Shown here: piece by piece, positions 50,364 through 62,873 of the stretch
Position numbering within the stretch: position 1 is the first letter of the stretch
How the letters are laid out: every line of letters starts with the position of its first letter
NCBI GenBank assembly: GCA_030704615.1
Contig: CM060732.1
Location: 65,224,001-65,288,000, forward strand
Direction: 5' to 3'
DNA: 64,000 bases
Source of the DNA: Takakia lepidozioides
Taxonomy: Eukaryota; Plantae; Bryophyta
The notes under the pieces: model-generated
Database searches by the model: none
Seen by the model: the letters and a program-made list of their open reading frames with translations, nothing else
What the model was told of the DNA's origin: nothing
Position numbers and translations under genes: made by a program

Positions 50364-52538
50364 ATGAGTGATGAAAGAGAAGCTAGACTCCAAAGATATT
50401 CAGCAAAAATAGAAAGTTATCTGAAAGCTCATTATCCATACCTGTGGGAGAGAGGAATAGACATTGGGGAATCATCTGGACCTCTCACACCATTGAGAAC
50501 AGGGAGTACATCACCTATACCAGAGGAGCTAGAGTTGGATACCACACCTTCTTTTTCTTTGCAAGAAAGATTAAGGGACTTGGCAGAGGAAGAAGATCAA
50601 CCACGAGGTGAAAGATCTGAGGTACATCCCTGGATAAAAGATTTGGCAGAAATCTTTGATAAGAGTTGGCATGGAACACCAAGAGCAGGAACTCCAGTTT
50701 CGGGAGCAAAAGATGAGGATGCAGAACCAGCGGAGAGTTCAATCTCTCCAACATTATTACAAAATAGTTACATGAGTGAAGAAGAAGAAAACCAAGGGCA
50801 GAACTTGGAAGATGAAAACAGGAAAAAGAAATTGGAAGATAAGGAATATAAAGAAGTAGACCCAGCAGCTGAGGTTGAGACTACAACCAGGACATCCCAA
50901 CCCGTTGGACCTGGATCAAGTGGAGCACTTGGATCACAGGCCAACGAAGGTGTCGGCTCAGAGGGATCAGGCGAAAGACCTGGATCTGGCTCTGGGGGGA
51001 CAGGGAGTGTGGAAAGTAGTGCAACTGAGGCTGGGAATACTGTGAATATAGAAAGGCCAGGAGCAGGAAGGGCTCAGGGGCCAGTAATTGGTGGAAGAAC
51101 CACCACAAATACTACAGGTCCACAGGGACCAGCATCAGCCAAAGGGCCAACAACTGTCAAGGGGCAGGGTGTAGGGTCGCAGATGGCGTTACAACCAACA
51201 CGGGCTAAACCACCTTTTCCAATATATTCAGGGAAAGGGGATCCTGATGTACACATTAGCCAATTTGAGCACATGTGTATAGTGAACAATGAGAATGGCG
51301 ATGATGCCAAAATGAGACTGTTTCCGTGTTCACTTATAAAGAAAGCCAGTGAATGGTATGCAAGATTCCTAGATAATCATTTCCTAACCTGGAATGGCTT
51401 GAGTACAGCGTTCCGAAATAGGTTTAGGACCAGTAAAACTGAGGATGAAGTGTATGGGAGTTTACAACAGCTGAAGCAGAAGAAGCATGAAACTGTTGAA
51501 GAGTATATGGAGAATGGAGTTGATGATGAAAAAGTTGGCTGCTATACCAGCACCAGGATTGTAGAAGGCTTGGTTTGTGAATGGACTAAGGCCAGAGTTG
51601 CAAAAGAAAGTAGACATGTTACCCCACAATACAGTGGAGGAGGCATTTGAAACAGCAAACAGAATTGAGCAGTTGGGAATGCTCAGAATGGAGAAAAGAG
51701 ATGAAGAGGACTCTGAGGATGAGTCAGAAGAAGAAGAGGAGATGGAGCATAAAAAGAAGAGTAAAAAGAAGGAAAAGATGAAGAGGGAAAATTATGAGAA
51801 GAGATTAGAAGAAATCTTGAAAAAGTATGCCACAGAGGCTGCAACACATTGGAGGAAGGTGTTTGGTGTGCAAAATGCCAGAATGAAGGCCACACCACTA
51901 CTTAATGCCACATGAAGGAGAAACACTGCACTATCTGTAAAATGGATAACCATTCTACTGAGAATTGTTACTACAACAGAAGAACAGCAGTAAGAGAGCC
52001 TAGGCAGGTAAGGGTGCATCAAGTGCAACCCCAGCCAAGAAGAAACAATGATCAAGACCACTATGGTAGGACAGGTGGTTATAACAATGGCATGGAAAGG
52101 AGAGGTAATCCAAGAGGGAATTACCAGCCAGGGAATCAGGATTACAGAAATAATCCCATAACAGACCAAGGGCGAGGACCCAATGGAGAAGAACTGTGTT
52201 ACTATTGTAATCAGGCAGGACATCGTAAGGCGGCTTGTCCATTCTGGATCAGACACCAGAATGAGATGAGAGCTCCTGGGAATGAGGGGCCAGTAGTGGC
52301 AGCCCACATGGTTAGGCCATGTATTGTATTGGAAGTGAGTACAATGATAGTAACAAGAAGCAGAGCCAAATTAGTACCTCCAGTGGAAGATGAAGTTGAT
52401 GATAATGAAGATGGCAGTGATGTGCCTGAAGATGATGAGGCTTGGAGAGATGAGAAAGAACTGCACATGGAAGTGGCGGATACCATACGGGAAATGCAGA
52501 AGAGTACTGATATTCCCATGGTAGATCCTCAACTCTGA
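50364..52538 (+). pseudogene. gag: gag (retrotransposon capsid plus zinc knuckles), frameshifted
   Basis: YSGKGDPDVHISQF, LFPCSL..KASEWY, LKQKKHETVEEY, CYYCNQAGHRKAAC (CX2CX4HX4C). Confidence 0.9.
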
Positions 52539-52807
52539 AGGAGAAGAAGAAGTCAGTGAGGAAGAAGGAAAGAGGGAAGCTGCAGAAGTGCAGGGTAAGG
52601 AAGGGACATTGGCTGAAGTGATATGCCAGTCCAAAGTGGAAATTACCATTGGACAGCTATTAGTGTGGCACCTTATTGTAGACACAGGCTGTATCAAGCA
52701 ATCAACAGGATTGCCCATTTGACAGAGAACACAGACCTGAACAGCAAGGTGACCAGTTATAATGTGAGGCCAGAAGGGCAAGAAACAGTCATGGATTTTG
52801 ATGATTT

Positions 52808-55800
52808 ATGCCAGTTATCCAGTTGAGAATTGGAAGCACAGAGCTGGCAGATGTACTGATAGATGGAGGCTCTGGTGTGAATATCATGACAGACCAATTG
52901 AGGCAGAAGCTAGGTCTAAACAACATGAAACCAGCCCCATTTACAGTAACCATGGCAGACCAAAGAAGTGTACAGCCATTGGGATTGATCAGAGGAGTTA
53001 AAATCCAGATTCAAGATATGATCTTTAAGATCACAGTAACTGTGTTGAAGATGAATGAAGTCCTGGAAGCTTATTCCTTATTGTTGGGAAGACCATGGCT
53101 GAAACAGGCCAAGGTGTCTCATGATTGGAATTCACAGTTACTGACTGTGCAGGATGGGTTGAACAAGATACAAATCACCACTAAGAAATCTGAAAGACTA
53201 TCTGCTACAAGAAGACCAAGAGGGGTCAGAGAGTATGATTGGAAAGAAGGACTGGATGAGGAACAGGAAGCTACTTTGTTCGCTGCACACCCAGAGTGGG
53301 AACAGGTTGCAGAGATGCAATTAGAAGGCCTGAGTTGTTTAAAAAGTATCTACTGTGGTGCAGTGACAACAACCCCAATTGAGGAGGAAATAAATAGTTA
53401 CCCACCACATTTTTATGAGGAAAGGGAAGGAGAGATTGATATCCTAGAGGAACCAGCCACTGTAAGTCTACAGGATGAAATAGTAACTGGTTGGACAATC
53501 ACAGCTGATGAGCAGGTGAGGGAAGTGAATGTGGGAACTGAGAAGGAACCAAGGATGGTGAAGGTAGGGGCGGATCTAGAGCCAAAATTCTTTGAGGAAG
53601 CAAAGAGTCTGTTCATTAAATACAGAGATGTATTTGCTTGGAGCTATGAGGATCTGAAGGGGATACCACCTGAGATCTGTCAACATAAGATTGAACTGGA
53701 ACCAAGATCAATACCAGTTAAACAGGCGAGATACAGGATGAATCCCAACTATGCAGAGAAGGTTGGAGAAGAGATCAAAAAGTTGGCTGAAGCTAAATTT
53801 ATATACCCGATAGAGTACACAACTTGGTTGTCACCCATTGTGATAGTCCCCAAGAAAAATGGCAAACTAAGAGTTTGTGTGAACTACAAGAAGCTGAATG
53901 CTTGTACGAGGAAGGATCCTTTTCCTCTACCATTCACAGAAGCAGTATTGGACACTGTGGCAGGCCATGAGATGTATTCATTCATGGATGGCTTCAGTGG
54001 TTATAATCAAGTACAGGTGGCAGAGGAAGATCAAGGAAAAACAGCTTTCATCACAGACTGGGGTGCTTATGCATACAAAGTCATGCCTTTTGGACTTTGT
54101 AATGCACCAGCAACTTTCCAGAGAGTCATAAGTGAATCTTTTCAGGAGTACCTTGATGATTTCATGCAGGTGTTCTTGGATGATTTCAGTGTGTATAGCT
54201 CTAAGAGTGAGCACTTGCATAAATTGGAGTTGTGCTTGGCCAGATGCAGGATGAGAGGTCTGGGCCTGAATCCAGAGAAATGTACTTTCTGTGTGAACTC
54301 AGGGGTACTTTTGGGACACATAGTGTGTAAAAAGGGACTTCTAGTGGATCCCAGAAAGACGGAGGCCATTAAAGCCTCCCCACCTCCAGTAAATGCTAAG
54401 AGTCTAAGGAGATTCCTGGGACAAACCAGCTACTACAGAAGATTTGTCAGACGGTATGCACAGATGGCAGCACCTTTGAGCAAACTTTAAAAAAAAAACG
54501 CAGTGTTTGCATGGACAGATGAATGTCAACAGGCTTTTGAGGAACTGACATTGTCAATGACAACTACACCTGTATTGATTAATCCTCACTGGCAGGAAAT
54601 GTTCCATGTTCACTGTGATGCTTCAGGAGAAGCATTGGGAGCGGTGCTAGCCCAAAATGTTACAGGAAGGATAGATTCACCTGTGTACTATGCTAGCCGA
54701 TTAATGAACAATGCTGAAAGAAATTATAGCACAACAGAAAGAGAAGCATTGGCAATGATCTATGCAGTGAAGAAATTCAGGCATTACCTGTTGGGTAAAA
54801 AGTTTATGTTCTATGTGGATCACCAAGCTTTGATATACTTGGTAAACAAACCTCTGATAAGCGGAAGAATAGCAAGATGGTTGATAATCTTACACGAATT
54901 TGAGTTTGAGGTTGTTTACAAGCCTGGGAGGCTGCATCTTGTGGCGGACCACTTGTCACGGTTATCAACAGGAGAACCAGCCACAGGAGTAGATGATCAA
55001 TTACCAGATGCGAGCTTATTTGCCGTGGAGGTGCAGGGAAGTGCAGATGATTGGTTAGATTGGCAGTGGCCAATCAGATACTATCTTACTCATGGTCAAT
55101 GTCCACCAAGTTATGGGAAGGAGCAGAGAAAGAGAATTGCTATCAAGGCTTTACCTTACACTATGGTAGGAAGCAGAATGTATAAGCTAGGACCAGATGG
55201 AGTGCTGAAGCGATGCTTATACCACCATGAAGTTGATAAAGTTTTGGAAGAAGTTCATAAAGGAGTGGCAGGGGGCCATTTTGGAGAAGAGACTACCAGT
55301 AGGAAGATACTACTTGCCGGAAACTGGTGGCCTACCTTGTTCAAAGATGTGCACAAGTATTGTAAAACTTGTGATGAGTGTCAGAGGCTAGGACCATTGC
55401 AGAGGTCTGGAAAGATGGCTTTGCATCCTACAATGCCTACTGAACCATTTCAGAAATGGGGACTGGACTTTGTTGGACCAATAAACCCACCAGCCAAGAA
55501 TACACAGAACAAGTATATAATCACAGCTACTGATTATACTACGAAGTGGGTGGAAGCTAAAGCTCTGAGGGACAACACAGCTAAGTCCACAGCCAGGTTC
55601 CTGTATGAGAACATACTTACACGGTTTGGCTGTCCCCTGGAATTTATCAGTGATCAGGGAAGTCACTTCATCAATGAGACCATAGAAGTCTTGACTAAGG
55701 AGTTCATGATTGTGCATAGGAAAAGTACAACCTATTACCCACAGGGTAATGGACAGGCAGAGGCTACCAACAAAATACTATGTACCATCTTGGCTAAAAT

Positions 55801-56943
55801 AGTCAATGCAAACAAAACAGACTGGGATACAAAGCTACTGACAGCTTTGTGGTCATACAGGACTTCATATAAAGTCACCACTAAGTATACACCATTCCAA
55901 TTAGTTTATGGTATGGAAGCTTTACTTCTAGTGGAGTTTTTATTACCTACTATGAGAACTGAATGGGGAAGAAGAATGGAATTGGAAGATTCAATTAAGG
56001 TCAGGAAACATGAATTATACCATATGGAGGAAGTACGAGCTGATGCAGCTGACAACATGACGAGAATACAAATGAAAAGGAAGGATCAGTTTGATGAAGG
56101 GAAGTTGAAGACTTTCAAAACATGAGATTTAGTTTTGTGGTTACAGAAGAAGGGAAAGATTAAGGCTTCTAAGCTTAAATCGCCATGGAAGATGTCATAC
56201 AAAAGATGTATGATAACAACACGGCCATGTTACAAACCATTAACAAAGAAATGCTGGGCAGGGTCAATGCCAACAAGTTGAAAGGATACAGTGGTATCCA
56301 TGACAAGCCATTGAGGCACGATTTGCATATAGAACCACAGGAGCAATTACAGGCTGTTCCAGTAACACCAACGGAGCATAGAATACTATTCGTTAAACCG
56401 GTGAGGAGCGGAAAACACGGATGTTTAAATAGCTATCACAGCCCAACACAGGGTCACACAGCCCATCACAGCCCAACACAAGGTCACACAGCCTATCACA
56501 GCCCAACACAGGGTCACACAGCCTATCACAGCCCAGCACAGTGTCACACAGTCGCGCACAGCCTAGCACAGGGCGGCACAGCCTGTCACAGCCTCACACA
56601 GCCAATCAGAATTACACAGTCCATAGGTAGGTTGGGGGGAGTGGCGACGTCTCGAGGGATCGCACCGACAGGTGGACGAAGGATAACATCAGGGAAATGG
56701 CCGGCGGAAGAAAGGACGGAAGTCAGTTTAAAAGTGGACGCGTGGAAGTCAGGCCGTGACGCACAGCTGAGAAGGAGCTGCAAGAACAAGTGTCATCAAG
56801 AAAAAGGACAGGAGTGGCCGTCAAAGTACCTACCTACTACGTCAAAAAGGACGGATGGCGGGCCCGTTAATGCATACGGAAAAAGGGTAACGGAATACGG
56901 CGAGTACAGAAAAACAAATTTCTTGTCACGTGTGTTATCCTAG
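52808..56943 (+). pseudogene. pol: pol: protease, RT, RNase H, integrase with a C-terminal tail
   Basis: LIDGGSG, MPFGLCNAPATFQR, FLDDF, HCDAS, YSTTEREALA, H-H..C..C, WGLDFVGP, SDQGSHF, YYPQGNGQAE. Frameshift in the A-run at ~54489, stop at 56123-56125, then KLKSPW...RVNANKLKGY. Confidence 0.95.
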
Positions 56944-57334
56944 TGGACAGGCCAGCAGGGAAAATCCACTAAAGAAAATTAATTCTAAAATCCAGTCACA
57001 GCGGTTACAGCCAATCATGAAGCAGGAGCAACTTCAAGAAAGTGAAAAAGTTCTGAGCGCAAGAGTCGGCGTCGTTCCAAGTAACGGGCGTCTCGACGGG
57101 ACAGACAATCAATGCGATAGTTTTGAAGCAGCAGATTACACGCTCGCGATACTACTCACGCAGTGGCGAGGAAACAAAACAACAGAGAGTAACTTTTCTC
57201 TTGATCAATGCTTGCAAGCCCCGCAGGTTTACAGGACACTACCCATAGCATTTTGTGGCAATCATACGTTTGTGCTTTGTGCTCTGCAGGCATTACTTCA
57301 GTTGTTACAGCCACAGTCTTACGGTTTCTCTAAA

Positions 57335-60300
57335 ATGAAGAGAGTAAGAGGGATGGAGGACATCAGGGTGAAAAGCACCACAATCCTGCAGAAACAGACG
57401 ATTGCGACGCCATACGCGGTGAAGTTACTGAAGGAACTGCGATTACAAGGATTGCAAAACAAGGATTGGACATTGCACCATCGGAAGTACATGTTAGAAT
57501 TCTTGCAGAACTTTGACCCAAAGACAGGAGCCACAATGGTGAAGGGAGTTGAATTAGAACTTACTCCCTTATACCTACAGCAACTGTTTTCATTGCCAGC
57601 AGGTCAGGTTCATGTGGACGAGCACAGGGCTAGATTGCAGATGAGAGATTTGTTTGAAGAAGGGAGTTTCTTTAAAACTCAAGGCTATGCTTGTACCAAA
57701 GCGTTGTACCCAGGGCTCAGGGAGGTAGGCCAGATATTGAACGTTCTGTTTGCCATGAAACAGAACCAGCAGTATTTGAGCAGATCCTTCACAGAGGAAA
57801 TACTCAAAGGCCTGAGAGGAGAAGAGGTAGCATGGGAGAACATCATGTACAACGGACTGGTAGAGGAGATGAAAAGATTGCAGGGAACTGCCGCTAAATC
57901 TCCTATCATAGTATCTGGGCCAGTCATTGCACAAATCATCCTAGACTCATGCGTACTTGATGCGAGAGAAAGGAAGGAAATGGGAGTGTTTGAAATAACA
58001 ACCACTACCATAGAAGAGCAAGGTTCTTCACAGGGTGAAGGGGGATTGGCAGAGCATCAACAGCCCAAAAGACAGAGGAAAGAGATCACGTTGGAAGCCG
58101 AACCATTGGCTACAAGGCAACAGGAGGAAGAAGTTACTCAAGCTCTTGTGTAGGAGAGGGTACAGCAGCACAGAGATCAAGGGTTACAAACAGCAAAACC
58201 TGTGGAGAGGGAACAGGAAGTCAATTCAGTATCACAGCCATCACAGCCAGGTGAACGGCTTGCCAAAGAGTTACCACAAGTGGTCCATGCGGTTCCTCCA
58301 CAAATAATAGATTTGGAAACAGAAGGGTTAGATATTCCAACTACAGAGCAAGTGGTGGCAGAGATTGAGAGAGGTGATCTTCTCTATGAAGACTCTAGTT
58401 TGCTCAGAGAGAGAGTGGAGCCAGAGGTCCAAAATCTGTCCAGTGAACTTCCTGATGTGCAAGTAATACCCCCATCAGCGCCACAAGTTCCAGAAGAGGA
58501 ACATCAGGACACAGCAGCATCTGGGAGAAATGAAGAAGTTGAGAAGGAGGATCTGGTGGAGCAGTGGCCTGAGTGGTTTGTGAGGCATCATCCTATGGAT
58601 GAGGGGGGTGAACAGCAGCATGTTAACCATGATGGGGCTTCGCAGGCTATGCTGATGAACTCCATAAGCCGAACCCTCAATTTGTTGGGAACTTACATGA
58701 AGTCACATGTTCCAGTGACTCAGTTGGAAGTTCTGAAGGAGGAACTCAGAAGAGAGTTCGAAAATCGGTTGGCAACCGAGTGTGTTAACAAAGTTGAGAT
58801 GGAAGTGCATCTGCAGTTGCAACAGGAGTTGAGGGAAACAAAGAATGCTCTGCAATTTGCTAAGCAACAACTGATTGAGGGGGGTCTGGAGCAAGACCAT
58901 CTGCAGGAGATACACAAGCAGCAATTATTCCAATTGCAGAACAAGCATGAGGATGAGATGCAAGGACTAAAGGAACAACATGCAGAGTTGGAGGTAGTAC
59001 ATCAAAGGATGACGGTGCAATGTGCCACCCTCACAAATGTTCTAGAGCAAGCCACAACAGAAGCCAACCAGCAGAGGGAGCGATGTGTAAGGGCAGAAAC
59101 GGAGGTAGTGGAGCAAGCCAAATTCATTGTGGACCTCAAAGATACAATATGTCACAATGAGGGTGCTTTACAGCAATACAAACAGGTTGAGGCTAACCAG
59201 AAGAAGTACATTGTGGAGTTACAACAGACCCTTATGTCGAATAGGAATCAACTCTCTGTAGCTAACAAGGCAGCGAGGGAAGCCAATAATCTGGCTGCAG
59301 CTTATGCCAATTTAGTTGAACCTCATGAGAAGCGCATGCAAGGATTGCAACAGCAGTTAGATGCCTACAGACTCAGGAGGAGCAGAGTCTCAGAGTATAC
59401 ACAGGACAGAGTGGATGACCAACTTTTAAAAATGTGGTTAGCACAAGGGCCAGTGGAAGGGAAAGCACCAAGAAAGCTCACCCAGGGGGAGATGAATGAC
59501 CTGAGGCTGCAAGTGCAGAATATTGCCACCACTACTATAGACAATGTCTATAATAGAATAGGAGAGCTCCAAGAGGATGTGGATACACTGCAGACTCAAG
59601 TGGAGGACTTGAGTTCAAACATAGACCAAAGGCTCATGGTTCCTCAAGAACATCTCATGGAGGCGTATTTGAGGGCCAGAACTCTAGTTTTCCAGTCTTC
59701 TTCGCAAGAAGTGCAGGGGATGCCAGTGGTGGAAACACCAATAGAACCAGTTTCACAGCAGGTGGCTGTAGGTTACTGAATCTCCTATGACAGCAGTTGC
59801 ACGGCCTGAGGTATGGGGAAATGCTGCTTTCACCCACCCAAGACTCATGCTGCACGGGAATACAACCGAGCAATGATCATGCCTTTCAATGAAATTCCAG
59901 ATAGCTTGGATTTAGCTTGGAATCAATTTGGTCCTCCACAATCCTTTCCACACTACTACCAAATAATGCGTTTGGTTGCCAGTGGCCACTCGGACTAAGA
60001 TTCTGGCAATGAATCAGCTCATTGAGGATCATCATTTTTCAAGGTACTGGTCTGAGGCAGGCACCATGTTGAAGGAGTTAATGCTTTCCAGGTTGTTCAT
60101 GGGCACATTCACACCAAAACAAAGGAAGTAGCGAGTTTGGTCATGGGCTGTGAATTTATTATACTGCTTGTTTCATTGCACGTTACCACATTGAGCAGCA
60201 GAAGATGCAGTCCAGATTTCTGACTTATTCCACTACAGATCATTGGACCTTACCTGTGGTGCCGCATCATACGTATTTATATGATGTGAAAATCATGTTA

Positions 60301-60877
60301 CAGAGGGATTCACAACTCCGTTCATGGTTAACATGGCCTGGAACAACTTGAGCAACGAAAAACGACATATGACACATTTTAATAAGGAGCAGACAGCTTG
60401 GCAATACCTATACTGCTCCAAAGTTACTGGCACACCTCTCACCTATACTGAGAAGGAATTGTTGAAGTTCAATAAACTTGCTTTCAACAGGTTACACAAC
60501 GTTGTGAAGCTTAAGGTTCCTGACATGGTGGGCCCACACTGTATGCCAATTTTCATTCCAGAGAAACCAAGAAAGGCAAGAAAACCAAAAAACTGCAGGA
60601 CTGAAGCAGATTCGGACACAACAGTGAATCTTCAGAAAACAAATTCTTGACATATGGGAGGAATATGATCAAGCACTGCACGACAAGAACGACGGGGATC
60701 TCCCACAACCAGAGCCATTACAGCCGTTCAGTCAAAGGGCAACAAATCAGGTTCAAGTACAGCTCAAGCATCTTAGCAAGCAGTCATAGAACTCGGGCAC
60801 GTACAGAGAGCCCTCCAAGGCACTCTCACAAACAGACAGGACCACGTTCACAAAGATTTACTGATCCTAAGCAGTAA
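57335..60877 (+). pseudogene. Large sense 3' extra ORF (~1180 codons; coiled coil, RS-rich end), disrupted
   Basis: Pieces 56930-58153, 58202-59779, 59813-59998, 60324-60650 and 60647-60877. Conserved in two other copies, all ending RF(T/A)(D/N)PKQ* before the PPT. Confidence 0.8.
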
Positions 60878-60897
60878 CCGTGAGGACACGGCTTTTT

Positions 60898-60910
60898 GAG
60901 AGGGGAAGGG
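60898..60910 (+). promoter_or_regulatory. Polypurine tract
   Basis: gagaggggaaggg, 3 nt before the 3' LTR. Confidence 0.9.
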
Positions 60911-60913
60911 TAA

Positions 60914-61728
60914 TGTTGGGAGGCCGTCTGGGACTTAGGCATTTTATGGTTTGTGGAGTCTGGGACTTAGACACTTCTATGGGTTCTGAGGGTACCCTTA
61001 ATTTTTTTGAGATAGCCCGCACAGCTATTACACGCCGTCACAGCCAGTCACAGCCCGACACAGCCCGATACAGCCGTCACAGTCTGACACAATCGCACAG
61101 TCAGATCACAGCTGTTACGGTCGTAGGGAAACGGTTATCATGACAGGGAACGACTGTGGGGAACAACATCGGCCGGGAAATGTTGTAATTCACAAGAGGA
61201 CGGTTAGTGAAGGAAAACGGTTAGAACAGCGGGTAAGGGAGAGATAAAGCGTAGGCAGCGGAGAGGTGATGGGGACTTTTTGGGACAGAGATCACTCCTG
61301 GGGACGGAGGGAGATCAGAGGAAGGGAAGCTGGCGAGGAGAGGAGATACTATAGGACAGAGTTAGTACGAGATGTAGGATTACTTAGAGGGATATATTAG
61401 AGAAGTGAGGACATCAGCATGTATCGATTATGATTAATCTGATTCTCATCCGATACAAACACCTTGTGTAGAGGACTTGATGAAGCTGTGTATGAATGAA
61501 ATCAGGGAGAGGCCAAAGAAGCAATTGGACGCTTAAAAAGATACCTGGTCAAGATAAACAGGGAATATATAAACTGATAAGGAATGTAATTGGAAACCCA
61601 ACAATGATTCACTAGCTGCAGGTTAATGATGATGTTCACGCGGGCTGATGCTTAGAGTATAAAACTCTTCTATCATGGAGTTTCCCCCTCGGATAGCGAA
61701 GGATGGGTGAGTAAAAAGCCTTGTGACA
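60914..61728 (+). repeat. 3' LTR
   Basis: Direct repeat of the 5' LTR, followed by the TSD. Confidence 0.95.
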
Positions 61729-61733
61729 ATTGC

Positions 61734-62373
61734 CCCTCCCAATTTCCGTGGTTTCATGGCGGACAACGCACAACAAATTGGGCTGCCCATCCGAAGGGTG
61801 TATGGGCAAGACCCCAATGTTCCCATGGAAGGCAAGGAGAGATCTTGTGGGTCTATTTTTTGCACGAGCCTTGGCAGTACACAACTAGGTCGTGGCGCCA
61901 GATTAAGAGAGGAGCACCGTTCCATGTGCTTGTGTGGAAGCGCGCTCCCACCTTGGATGATGCAGGACACAGTTTGCATGTATACGGCTTGGTGGACATT
62001 GTCAGGTGCTGTAAGGAAATCAGACGAGGGAGCAATGGTCAGTTGGCTAGCATGGTGGTTATCGTTTCCTCCAGTTCGCGACTATATGGGCGGGGGAGTT
62101 GCACGAATTCGAGGCCCGTTGAATATTATTCTGCCATATTTGTAACTTGATTGTAACCTCAAACATGTGCTGTGCAGGAAATGTGTCTCGACTCCGACAC
62201 TGACATGCCCACGCAAACTGGCCGATCATGCACTCCTTCCTGGCGTGCCTCCTCTGCGGCGCATATGGTGGACATCCCACTGCCACAACGGAGGACATTG
62301 TGAGGTCAATTATGCAGCTGCCTGGTATAACGAGTTCTTCTTGAGAACAGGAAACATTGGGGCTTGGGGCCGA
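61734..62373 (+). pseudogene. MULE-like transposase, continuation (second Asp, degenerate CxxH, region of third acidic residue)
   Basis: PNFRGFMADNAQ (D at 61762), DPNVPMEGKERSC, SWLAWW. Many indels near the contig end. Confidence 0.65.
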
Positions 62374-62873
62374 NNNNNNNNNNNNNNNNNNNNNNNNNNN
62401 NNNNNNNNNNNNNNNNNNNNNNNNNNNNNNNNNNNNNNNNNNNNNNNNNNNNNNNNNNNNNNNNNNNNNNNNNNNNNNNNNNNNNNNNNNNNNNNNNNNN
62501 NNNNNNNNNNNNNNNNNNNNNNNNNNNNNNNNNNNNNNNNNNNNNNNNNNNNNNNNNNNNNNNNNNNNNNNNNNNNNNNNNNNNNNNNNNNNNNNNNNNN
62601 NNNNNNNNNNNNNNNNNNNNNNNNNNNNNNNNNNNNNNNNNNNNNNNNNNNNNNNNNNNNNNNNNNNNNNNNNNNNNNNNNNNNNNNNNNNNNNNNNNNN
62701 NNNNNNNNNNNNNNNNNNNNNNNNNNNNNNNNNNNNNNNNNNNNNNNNNNNNNNNNNNNNNNNNNNNNNNNNNNNNNNNNNNNNNNNNNNNNNNNNNNNN
62801 NNNNNNNNNNNNNNNNNNNNNNNNNNNNNNNNNNNNNNNNNNNNNNNNNNNNNNNNNNNNNNNNNNNNNNNNN
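62374..62873. other. Assembly gap (500 N)
   Basis: Run of N; the round size suggests a placeholder. Confidence 0.99.

Larger units (their letters stand above)
48956..61728 (+). mobile_element. Structurally complete Ty3/Gypsy (non-chromovirus-like) LTR retrotransposon, 12.8 kb
   Basis: TG...CA LTRs, 5-bp TSD ATTGC (48951-48955 and 61729-61733), PBS, PPT, gag-PR-RT-RH-INT order. Confidence 0.97.
38084..62373. mobile_element. Candidate large MULE-like DNA transposon carrying a ParB-MTase gene (interrupted by a Gypsy insertion; right end not visible)
   Basis: TIR-like end at 38084, ParB-MTase gene (-), palindromic arrays, divergently oriented DDE transposase (+). The same module order is partly repeated at 6880-15968. 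Confidence 0.62.

Noticed and set aside
54481-54503. Programmed ribosomal frameshift in pol
   Set aside because: It falls within the RT-RNase H connection at an A homopolymer; an indel or sequencing error is more likely.
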